Source: Candidatus Latescibacterota bacterium (lineage in GTDB: Bacteria; Latescibacterota; CBDEFO01). Taken from it: a stretch of DNA of 64,000 nt. A model generated the notes under the pieces. The model did not search any database. It worked only from the letters and a program-made list of their open reading frames with translations, and was not told where the DNA came from. The position numbers were made by a program, and so were the translations under genes. Every line of letters starts with the position of its first letter. The first letter of the stretch is position 1. Location of the stretch: assembly GCA_965237525.1 (NCBI GenBank), contig CBDEFO010000004.1, forward strand, positions 384,001 through 448,000. Reading direction: 5' to 3'. This document shows positions 51,922-60,569 of the stretch, piece by piece.

Positions 51922-54885
51922 ATGAAGGGAAAGGCGAAGGAACTGCCTACCTGTCTTTGCCTTAGCGCATGTGCTCTTTACTTGGTGTTATCGTTTGACG
52001 CATCTTCGTCCTCGGCCCAAGAGAGGTCGACCCCCGATTTAATCGGGGGCGACTCCGTGTGGAACATTTTGGCACTAAGGGTTGAGTTCCCCGAAGAGGA
52101 GCCGGACGATCCTACAACCACGGGGGACGGTACATTTGATCTGAGGAGCTTCGAGGAAGCCCTCCCCTCGTATGAATTTCCCTACGACACACCCCCACAC
52201 AATCGCCAGTACTTCGAATGGCATCTTCAGGCCCTTGCCAACTACTACGATAAAGTCTCCGAGGGCAAGATAGACATCCGCTTCGATGTCTTCCCGGCAA
52301 AACAGGACTCCAGCTACAAGCTCCGACGAACAATGATAAGCTACGGAAACGGGAGGAATCAGGACGAGGTCGATCAAAGGTTGGTAGATCTGTTTAAGAA
52401 CGCCTTGGCCTTGGCCGATTCTGTGGAAGGGGACAACTTAGATTTTAAGCAGTACAACAGTTTCCTGATCATCCACGCAGGGATTGACGGCAGCACAGGA
52501 GCTTTGAACGACATCCCATCTGCCTATCTATCTCCTCGTGACTTTGATACTTTTGTGGGCGGTCCTGTCTTTGTGGAGGACGGATCTTTCGCCATAGATA
52601 ACGGTTGGATACTTCCGGAGTCTATAAGTCAAAATGGCGTAGGCGGCTTGAACGGGACGGCGGCGCGGATCTTTGGGAATCAACTGGGACTTCCGGGGCT
52701 ATCTAACTTTAAAGATAATCTCCCCGCCGTAGGTGGCTGGAGTTTGATGGATACCGGATTTATAAACGTGGGGGCTGGCCTTCTGGGATACGTTCCGAGC
52801 CACCCTATGGCGTGGTCGAAGATAGAACTCGGCTGGATAGAGCCCCTAAAAGTGACCAGAGACACGACTCTGACCATTGCAGCAACAGACATTTCGTCCC
52901 ACCATCCCAAAGCGGTTATGGTTCCCATAGACTCCGACGAATACTTTCTCCTGGAAAACAGACAGATGAGACGACGGGAGGATGAACTTCCCGATGTGGA
53001 GTATTCAACAGGGGACAGCGCGGGAGTGTGGCTCTCCCTCGACAGCTACGATGCCTATATCCCCGGATCGGGGATATTGATATGGCATATAGACGAGGCC
53101 GTTATAAGTGGAAAAAGAGCTACAGGAAGTATAAATGATGATCCCGTTGACAGCGGCATCGACCTTGAAGAGGCAGACGGCTATGAGGACATCGGCAATC
53201 CTATTTTCGATAGGATCGCCGGGATCGCCGGATCAAAGGAAGATCCTTTTTTTGTGGGCGGAACGACGGCCTTTTCGCCCTCTACTGTCCCGAGTTCAGA
53301 CAGCAAGTTCGGGGCAGTGACGGGTATTACGATAGTTGTGAAGGACTCCCTGCAAGATGAAATGACGGTGGAGATTACGTTTAACGCAAATAAGGAAGGA
53401 TGGCCGCTGTCCAGACCTTCCGGATTCATAGCGTCTCCAAAGACCGTTGATGTAAATGGAGATGGGGAAAAAGAGATAATAGCCGTCTCGCGCGATGGCA
53501 ATGTGCATATCTGGAGGTCGGATGGGACGACTCTTTCTGCCTTTGAGACGGATTCTGGTGTCCTCCTCGACCCTGCGGTAGGCGATGTAGATGGAGATTT
53601 GAAGCCGGATGTCCTGCTGGTTCACGAAAACGGAGACGTATCTGCATGGAACTCTGAGTCCACTTCTCTGCTGTGGAGAATGGAGGGGATAGGTGCCTCG
53701 ACGGCTCCAATTATCTCTAACGTGGATGCGGATGCGGCAGGAGAAGTTATAGTAGGCTTAGACGACGGTTCGATTGCTATTTTAAATGGCCAGGATGGGA
53801 GCCTCCTTCGCAAAGTGGAGACAGGAAGGTCAAAGATAGTCGGTATAGCAATAAAGGGCAAGGATATAATTGCTGTCAACGAAGAGGGAGAACTATTTAT
53901 CGTAGGAGAGGACGGAAGCGGAGAGCAGGTTCCGGTCGGCAATATCGAAGGTCGTCCCTCAGGTTCTCCCGTGCTTGGGGATACAGACGGAGACGGTAAA
54001 GTTGAAATTATCCTCCTGTCAGAAGATGGGATTTTAACTGTCCTGAGAGAGGATGTGCAGCGTCCTCTGTTCAGCGCTGACATCGGAGATGATATTCGGT
54101 CGTCCCCTATTTTGACCGATCTGGATGGAGACGGTTCTTTGGAGGTGGTATTTACGGGAGAGGGAAAGGTGCACGCCTGGAGGTTTAACGGCATCCCAGA
54201 GGCCAATTTCCCCCTCATTTTGCCTCTGAAGGATAAGGTCGGAGGGATCGCATCTTCGCCTATCGCGGCTGACATAGATGGCGACGGGGATCAGGAGATA
54301 ATTTTCGGGACATCGCAAGATCTGGTCTACGCCATCCGTTCTGACGGTCAAATAGCCTCCGGATTTCCTCTAACCTCGATCGGAGAAATCGTCTCATCGC
54401 TTGCAATAGATGATTTAGATGGCGACAACCGCCTCGAACTGTGCGCTCTGACCGCCTCGGGTACGGCTCATGTCTGGGACATATCCAAGATAGCTTCATC
54501 CTACACGGGAACCGATATAACGTGGGGTCAGTCAAACGCAGGTCCGGCTAATTCAGGAGTCTATCCGGGCGTTATATCGCCTCGCCCGCAATCTGTACGT
54601 CTTCTGCCTTCGGACAGGGCTTACTGTTATCCCAATCCCATAGATGGTGATTCGGCTCATTTAAGGTTCTTCCTGGGAGGAGAAGCCAGGATAAACGTCA
54701 AAATGTTCAACGGAGCGGGAGAACTTGTGGGAGAGGTGTCAAAGGACGATTTAGAACCCAGAACGGATAATGAGATCGTTCTGGATATGAGAGATTACAG
54801 TAGCGGTCTTTACATCTTTCGTCTTGAGGCTACAGGTAACGGGAAAAAGGAGGAGGTCTTCATAAGGGCGGCTGTGAGTAAGTAG
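51922..54885 (+). CDS. M6-peptidase-like domain (zinc motif degenerate) with FG-GAP repeats and CTD
   Basis: ILALRVEF, IIHAG, WSLMD.G, EYFLLENR, GILIWHID, DLEEADG; DxDGDG repeats; YPNP. Confidence 0.8.
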   Translation: MKGKAKELPTCLCLSACALYLVLSFDASSSSAQERSTPDLIGGDSVWNILALRVEFPEEEPDDPTTTGDGTFDLRSFEEALPSYEFPYDTPPHNRQYFEWHLQALANYYDKVSEGKIDIRFDVFPAKQDSSYKLRRTMISYGNGRNQDEVDQRLVDLFKNALALADSVEGDNLDFKQYNSFLIIHAGIDGSTGALNDIPSAYLSPRDFDTFVGGPVFVEDGSFAIDNGWILPESISQNGVGGLNGTAARIFGNQLGLPGLSNFKDNLPAVGGWSLMDTGFINVGAGLLGYVPSHPMAWSKIELGWIEPLKVTRDTTLTIAATDISSHHPKAVMVPIDSDEYFLLENRQMRRREDELPDVEYSTGDSAGVWLSLDSYDAYIPGSGILIWHIDEAVISGKRATGSINDDPVDSGIDLEEADGYEDIGNPIFDRIAGIAGSKEDPFFVGGTTAFSPSTVPSSDSKFGAVTGITIVVKDSLQDEMTVEITFNANKEGWPLSRPSGFIASPKTVDVNGDGEKEIIAVSRDGNVHIWRSDGTTLSAFETDSGVLLDPAVGDVDGDLKPDVLLVHENGDVSAWNSESTSLLWRMEGIGASTAPIISNVDADAAGEVIVGLDDGSIAILNGQDGSLLRKVETGRSKIVGIAIKGKDIIAVNEEGELFIVGEDGSGEQVPVGNIEGRPSGSPVLGDTDGDGKVEIILLSEDGILTVLREDVQRPLFSADIGDDIRSSPILTDLDGDGSLEVVFTGEGKVHAWRFNGIPEANFPLILPLKDKVGGIASSPIAADIDGDGDQEIIFGTSQDLVYAIRSDGQIASGFPLTSIGEIVSSLAIDDLDGDNRLELCALTASGTAHVWDISKIASSYTGTDITWGQSNAGPANSGVYPGVISPRPQSVRLLPSDRAYCYPNPIDGDSAHLRFFLGGEARINVKMFNGAGELVGEVSKDDLEPRTDNEIVLDMRDYSSGLYIFRLEATGNGKKEEVFIRAAVSK

Positions 54886-54908
54886 GGGCAGACCCGTGTG
54901 TCTGCCCC
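54882..54908. repeat. GTAG-type REP
   Basis: GTAGGGGCAGAC-CCGTGT-GTCTGCCCC. Confidence 0.7.
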
Positions 54909-55009
54909 AGAGTAGACAGGGGAAAGGAAAGGCAGCGAGGTATCAGGTACTGGTCAAGGTCGTAGTTATCTTTGAAAATGATACAACTAAGCTTCTGGAG
55001 GTTAAGGAT

Positions 55010-55243
55010 ATGAAAAGCAAAGATAAGAGGCTTACCGCCCTCATCACCAAGGAGGCCACTTCGTGGTTTGTTGCTCATTGTATAGAATTGGGCGTTACAA
55101 GTCAAGGCAAGACGATTGAGGAAGCTCAGGTAAACCTTAAGGAGACGGTAGAACTCTACGTTGAAAGTTTCGGGACGGAGGACCTTCCTGAAAGTATGGG
55201 CGAGGTAGTTTTATATCCCCTCGAGGTCGCTGTAAGTGGCTAA
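55010..55243 (+). CDS. hicB: HicB-family antitoxin
   Basis: VAHCIELGVTSQGKTIEEAQVNLKETVELY; GGAGG RBS. Confidence 0.85.
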   Translation: MKSKDKRLTALITKEATSWFVAHCIELGVTSQGKTIEEAQVNLKETVELYVESFGTEDLPESMGEVVLYPLEVAVSG

Positions 55244-55433
55244 ACTCCCGGTTCTCTCTGGGGTGGATCTGATTAGCATCCTCAAGAAGAATGGGTTCCA
55301 GGTGGTCCTACAAAAGGGAACTTACAGAACTGTTGTGCCTCTCCACGATGAACTTGCTAAGAGAACACTCTTAAGCATCCTGAAACAGTGTGGACTATCA
55401 AGGGAAGACCTGATTGACCTGATAAAGAAGTAA
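55236..55433 (+). CDS. hicA: HicA-family toxin lacking the GSH segment
   Basis: KLPVLSG..LISILKKNGF...VVPLHDEL..TLLSILKQCG. Confidence 0.8.
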   Translation: MAKLPVLSGVDLISILKKNGFQVVLQKGTYRTVVPLHDELAKRTLLSILKQCGLSREDLIDLIKK

Positions 55434-55563
55434 CAGATGGCAACAATTGAGGGCGGGTATTCTCCCCAAACAAGTGAGCAGATCCCGAAATTGCGATAGG
55501 ATGACTTTCTCCGATAAATTGGAGAACCCTCTGCCGCGCTTTTCTTTAGGTCCTGAAGCATTT

Positions 55564-58500
55564 ATGACTATGAAAGATAGATTACCCAAAAGATTGATCA
55601 GAGCGATATTCATAGCTTGCCTTTTGGCAATCCTTCCGGTCGCGGTAGCAAAGGCTCAGAATCATCCTGAGCTGGACTGGAAGACGTTTGAAACGGATCA
55701 TTTCAAGATATACTATCATCAGGGGCTGGAAAAGACCGCGGGGCTGGCTGCGGCTATCGCGGAGGAGGCTTACGGACCCATAACATCTCTTTACGATTAT
55801 GAGCCGGGAACGAAGGTGAGACTAATAATAAAAGATATGGAGGATTACTCGAACGGAGCTGCCTATTTCTACGATAATAAGATCGAGATATGGGCGACGA
55901 GTTTAGACTACGAGTTTAGGGGGACCAGAGATTGGCTTTCTGACGTCATAACCCATGAGTTTACTCACATAGTCTCTCTTCAGGCCTCTTTTAAGGCTTC
56001 CAGAAGGGTCCCGGCTGCGTTTCTACAATTTTTCGGCTATCAGCAGGAGGACGACAGGGACGATATACTCACGGGCTACCCCGATGTTTTAGTGTCGTAT
56101 GCCCTTCCAATGTTAGTCATGCCTCCGTGGTTTGCAGAGGGGGTTGCTCAGTATCAAGCTGAAGGCGTCAAGCACGATTACTGGGATTCTCACAGGGACA
56201 TGATCCTTCGGACGGCGGCGCTGAACGGAGGCGTCTTGAATTACTCAGACTTAAGCGTGTTCGAAAAGGACGGCAGAGGAAATGAGATGGTCTATGATCA
56301 CGGCTATTCTCTGGTAAGCTTTATAGCCCAGAATTTCGGGGAGGATAAGCTCAAGAAGATTGCCAAGAATATGTCCGCATGGTGGCGGATGAGCTTCAGC
56401 TCGGCGATAGAGGACGCTATCGGAATATCGGGAGAAAAACTTCACAGGGAATGGAAGCAAAGCCTCCTTCAGAATTACCAGGTTCAGGCTGAGGAGATAA
56501 AGAAAGGCATAATTGAAGGGGAAAAGCTGAAGGACGGTGGATACTCCAACAGGCATCCCACCTGGTCGCCCGACGGGCAGAAGCTGGCATATCTCTCCAA
56601 TAAGGGACGAGACTACAGTCTGTATGCTCTTTATATCTTTTCTGTAGAGGAGGATGTGGAAAAGGCTATAGCAGGAGGTGTCGTCTCATCCGTAAGTTGG
56701 TCACCAGACGAGGAAAAGATAATCTATTCTAAGAGAAGCAAGCCTGATAAATACGGGTCCCGGTTCTGGGACATCTATGAGTACGGCTTCAAGAGGAAAA
56801 AGGAAAAGAGGTTGACGCACGGACTGAGAGCGATCTATCCTGATCATTCTCCGGACGGGACCAGCATCACTTTTGTAAGGAACGCCGGAGGGACTAACAA
56901 CCTTGGGGTTATGAACTCGGACGGCACAGGTGTAAGATATCTAACTAATTTCGACGATTGGACGCAGTTATACAACCCGAAATGGTCATCCGATGGAAGT
57001 AAGATACTCTTTTCCATATCCAACGGTAGGAAAAGGGACATAGCTTTCATCCCAGCCGACGCCACAGCAGATAGAAAGATAACATACGTAGCCCGTTCGG
57101 AAAGTTCGGACGAGCGAGATGCGTGCTGGACTCCGAACGGAGATGGGATAATCTTTACATCTGATATAACGGGGATCTTCAATCTCTACTATATAGATCT
57201 TGAGGCTCAGAAGATGCACAGGATCACCAACGTGATAGGCGGTGCCTTCGACCCCTGTATCGCGTCCGATGGCAAAAAGCTGGCTTTCTCTGTCTACGGA
57301 GAAGATGGGTACGAAATACGGAGTCTATCTTTTGAGGACAAAGGGGATCCGATAGATCCCGATCCATTTTCAAGCCCCAGCGGACATTCCGCTTCAAATA
57401 ACGTTGCCTCACGCAACGGAAATTCCGCACAGATTCGGGAGAATAATACACTTGATGTAGGCTCCATATCGGAACCCTATGGGAGCGAATTTTCGGGCTT
57501 TTTGATTATGCCGAGGTTAGCCCTTGATGATGGTAAGTTCAAGTTAGGAACTTATCTGTCTTCAAGCGACGTTTTAGATAAACAGTCCATCCTTGGGGGG
57601 GTGCTCTTAGGAGGAAATTTAGATTCGGACATCTTTGTGCTCTACGATTACAAAAGGTTCAGGCCCACTTTCTTTTTGGAGTTTTACCGCCAGACGCGCC
57701 ACGTGGACGATAAGATATTCGACAGGGACAACGATGTAATCCTCTATGAGAGAGTATTCGATCTAAACGAGGCAAATCTGGGCCTAAGAGGCAAGTTTCT
57801 CGGGGACGATGAATTGCGAGCCGCTTTAGTTTTGAGCAGATATACGGAAAAACAGGAGGTATCTGCCTTCAAACAGAGCGACCGTAACAGGAGATTCTTC
57901 CCCTCGGCGACGTATTTCAACGGTATAGACCTCTCTTTGCGGTACAGATACAGATCGATTCCAAGAACAAGGGATAGGGACATAAATCCCAGAGGAGGCA
58001 GAGAGATCGCCTTCCACTACTCCCGCACCTTTAACCTTCTTTTAAAGGGATTCAGAGAAGATACGTCTGTGTTGGCGGAGCGATATAATAAGTTTTTCTA
58101 CAATCAGTTTACCTTAGATTGGAGGGAATACAGGGCTATTCCCTGGAACAGGAGCACACTCGCTTTGAGGTTCTATTTGGGCGTAATAGACGAGGAGGTT
58201 GACGACTTCTTCGATTACCACATAGGCGGGATCAACTATATGAAGGGATACACCTTCTACGGCCTTGAGGGCAGGAAGGCCGTTATGGCTAAGGCGATCT
58301 ATCGATTCCCGATATTTAAGAACATACGGAAACGCTTTTTGCACCTTTATCTTGACAAGATATACGGAGCTGTCTATGGGGACATAGGGAGGGCGTGGGA
58401 CAAAAGCTCTATAGATTTTAGGACTGAAGGATACAAAAAAGACATAGGGGGTCAACTGAGATTGGATTTAGTGTCTTTCTACGGAGTTCCCACAAGGATC

Positions 58501-58590
58501 GCATTTGACGCTGCTTACGGATTCGATGAAGTCAATTCTAAAGACCCTCTGAAATTTTACTTTTCGCTCCTGTTTGGATATTTGAACTGA
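55564..58590 (+). CDS. Gluzincin-like domain + PD40/TolB-like propeller + BamA/TamA-like barrel protein
   Basis: HEFTH...WFAEG; WSPDG repeats; C-terminal GDIGRAW...DAAYGFD. Confidence 0.8.
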   Translation: MTMKDRLPKRLIRAIFIACLLAILPVAVAKAQNHPELDWKTFETDHFKIYYHQGLEKTAGLAAAIAEEAYGPITSLYDYEPGTKVRLIIKDMEDYSNGAAYFYDNKIEIWATSLDYEFRGTRDWLSDVITHEFTHIVSLQASFKASRRVPAAFLQFFGYQQEDDRDDILTGYPDVLVSYALPMLVMPPWFAEGVAQYQAEGVKHDYWDSHRDMILRTAALNGGVLNYSDLSVFEKDGRGNEMVYDHGYSLVSFIAQNFGEDKLKKIAKNMSAWWRMSFSSAIEDAIGISGEKLHREWKQSLLQNYQVQAEEIKKGIIEGEKLKDGGYSNRHPTWSPDGQKLAYLSNKGRDYSLYALYIFSVEEDVEKAIAGGVVSSVSWSPDEEKIIYSKRSKPDKYGSRFWDIYEYGFKRKKEKRLTHGLRAIYPDHSPDGTSITFVRNAGGTNNLGVMNSDGTGVRYLTNFDDWTQLYNPKWSSDGSKILFSISNGRKRDIAFIPADATADRKITYVARSESSDERDACWTPNGDGIIFTSDITGIFNLYYIDLEAQKMHRITNVIGGAFDPCIASDGKKLAFSVYGEDGYEIRSLSFEDKGDPIDPDPFSSPSGHSASNNVASRNGNSAQIRENNTLDVGSISEPYGSEFSGFLIMPRLALDDGKFKLGTYLSSSDVLDKQSILGGVLLGGNLDSDIFVLYDYKRFRPTFFLEFYRQTRHVDDKIFDRDNDVILYERVFDLNEANLGLRGKFLGDDELRAALVLSRYTEKQEVSAFKQSDRNRRFFPSATYFNGIDLSLRYRYRSIPRTRDRDINPRGGREIAFHYSRTFNLLLKGFREDTSVLAERYNKFFYNQFTLDWREYRAIPWNRSTLALRFYLGVIDEEVDDFFDYHIGGINYMKGYTFYGLEGRKAVMAKAIYRFPIFKNIRKRFLHLYLDKIYGAVYGDIGRAWDKSSIDFRTEGYKKDIGGQLRLDLVSFYGVPTRIAFDAAYGFDEVNSKDPLKFYFSLLFGYLN

Positions 58591-58593
58591 GAT

Positions 58594-58641
58594 GTAGGGG
58601 CTGGGTTTCCCAGCCCTTGGGCGAGCAGACCTCGCGCCTAC
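58594..58641. repeat. GTAG-type REP pair
   Basis: GTAGGGGCTGGG-TTT-CCCAGCCC...GCCTACA. Confidence 0.65.
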
Positions 58642-58720
58642 ATATTTTTGATCATTAACCTCGGCCTATGAAAACGCACGTTAGAAACAATCGTTCCTTT
58701 TGTATTGCTGAACGGAGAAG

Positions 58721-59584
58721 ATGGACATGAAGGTTATCCTGTTGATACTCACTATGGCTCTTTTGTCTGGAGCTTCCGCTAGAATTTACGGCGCGCAGAA
58801 CGACGCTGAAACTGCACGATCGTTTCTGATTGTGGATAAGAATAGCCAGAGCCGATTTGAGTTGTCCGAGAAAATCGATCCGGATAGGTTTGACAATGCA
58901 GATCGTCCGACACAATTTGCGGGTATATCTGATCCTATAAAGATGAATTACAGTCCCAAGTCTCCTAAGAAGGCGTTTTTATTTTCTCTGCTTGTGCCGG
59001 GACTGGGGGAACTATACAGCGGAGCGAAAAAAAGGGGTATAGCTTTTCTGGGAATTGAGATTGCCTCCTGGACATCGTACGGAATATTTAGAGACAGGGG
59101 AAATGACATAGAAAAGGAGTTTCGGGCCTTTGCCGATCAAAACTGGGATAGAGAAAAATATTTAGAATGGCTCACCTCAGGATCTACCCGCGGAAATACT
59201 ACCCACGTTCTGCCTTCCAAAGAAGACGATATTCAGCAGTACTACGAACTAATAGGCAAGTACGATCAGTTCGTCTATGGATGGGAGGATAGGGACAAGG
59301 GTCCAAATAGCCACGGTTCTTTCGACCCAACATACACTGTCACGTCCGAAATGCGAGAACAATACGAAGATAGAAGAGACGACAGCAACAGAAATCTCAA
59401 AAGGGCGTCCTTCAGCGCGGGCGTGGTTCTGTTCAACCATGTAGTAAGCGCTGTGGATGCTGCTCTGCATGCAAAGTCCCTGAAGGGAAACGCGTTATTA
59501 GAAAGAAAGACCAAGTTCACAGCGAGAATGGAGAACAGTGACGGCCGCGATGTGTTGATGGTATATGTGTCCAGGAGGTTCTAA
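58721..59584 (+). CDS. DUF5683-like secreted/outer-membrane protein
   Basis: KSPKKAFLFSLLVPGLGELY, QQYYELIGKYDQF, NHVVSAVDA. Confidence 0.7.
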   Translation: MDMKVILLILTMALLSGASARIYGAQNDAETARSFLIVDKNSQSRFELSEKIDPDRFDNADRPTQFAGISDPIKMNYSPKSPKKAFLFSLLVPGLGELYSGAKKRGIAFLGIEIASWTSYGIFRDRGNDIEKEFRAFADQNWDREKYLEWLTSGSTRGNTTHVLPSKEDDIQQYYELIGKYDQFVYGWEDRDKGPNSHGSFDPTYTVTSEMREQYEDRRDDSNRNLKRASFSAGVVLFNHVVSAVDAALHAKSLKGNALLERKTKFTARMENSDGRDVLMVYVSRRF

Positions 59585-59596
59585 TTGTTCCCGACA

Positions 59597-59623
59597 CTGG
59601 ATTCCCGCTTTCGCGGGAATGAC
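59597..59623. repeat. GGATTCCCGC-TTTC-GCGGGAATGAC palindromic REP
   Basis: Perfect ATTCCCGC/GCGGGAAT stem. Confidence 0.7.
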
Positions 59624-59629
59624 AGACGG

Positions 59630-60298
59630 ATGAGACAGATGAGAAGGCTCTTGCAGATTGCAATTCTTTTAGGTTTAATTGGCGGAATGCTGTTCACACC
59701 GCAAGCTTGTGCCGAGACGAAATCCTCAAAAGGCTCTTTCGTTTTGTCATTGATCGTTCCCGGTCTTGGGGAATACTACGTCCAGGGCATGAACAAAACG
59801 ACGAAGTTCTTCTGGAGTACTGAGGCAGCAGTCTGGGCCAGTTTCGCGGCTTTCAGGAAGTACGGGAACATAAGGGAAGAGGACTATAAAACCTTTGCTG
59901 CTGTGCACGCTAAAGCGTCGCCTGGGGGAAAGTCGCAAGAGTTCTTCGACGACCTCGGATTTTACTCCAGCGTGTACGAGCACAACAGCACAGCCCGCGC
60001 AGATGAGGGTCCCGGCGGATTCGTCTACTCTGAGGACGATCCGGCTTCTGTGTGGGAATGGAACTCTAGAGAATCCAGAAAAAGATATAGAGAGCTCAAA
60101 AACAGCAGTGAAGTTGCCCGGCGAAGATCGCTCTTTGCCATAGGTGCTGGTGTTCTGACCAGGACCATAAGCGCGATCAACGCTTCAAGAGTAGCAAAGG
60201 ATCTTGATAGAAGTCTTCCCTCGGATCGAGACTTAAGTTTCCGCGTAGAGACGGACTATGTATCCCACATTCACATCAGACTATCGAAGCACTTCTAA
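59630..60298 (+). CDS. DUF5683-like protein, paralog of the previous gene
   Basis: SLIVPGLGEYY, RTISAINA. Confidence 0.7.
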   Translation: MRQMRRLLQIAILLGLIGGMLFTPQACAETKSSKGSFVLSLIVPGLGEYYVQGMNKTTKFFWSTEAAVWASFAAFRKYGNIREEDYKTFAAVHAKASPGGKSQEFFDDLGFYSSVYEHNSTARADEGPGGFVYSEDDPASVWEWNSRESRKRYRELKNSSEVARRRSLFAIGAGVLTRTISAINASRVAKDLDRSLPSDRDLSFRVETDYVSHIHIRLSKHF

Positions 60299-60344
60299 AC
60301 AAGTAGATAGCAGTCAGCAGACAGTAGACGGGCCTACCTCCCTT

Positions 60345-60566
60345 GAGATTGTTTCGCTGACCCTTCGGCTCGTCCTTGGCAAAACGCTCTGGGCTTCGGC
60401 TCGCGATGACATTACTTGTCTTTTCTCTTCCGTTATTGTCCGCTCCTGCCTTAGTCATTGAAAGGGACGAAGCCAGAAACAATCTTAATTAGACTACCTC
60501 TCCTTGTACGCTGTCCATTATTTCAGAACTTCATAATCCTGTCGGGACTATTTTGACCTAATACTT
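60345..60566. repeat. REP-like pair followed by the 80-bp repeat (60489-60566)
   Basis: GAGATTG...GCGATGAC, GTCATTG...CAATCT, GACTATTTTGACCTAATACTT. Confidence 0.65.
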
Positions 60567-60569
60567 GAA

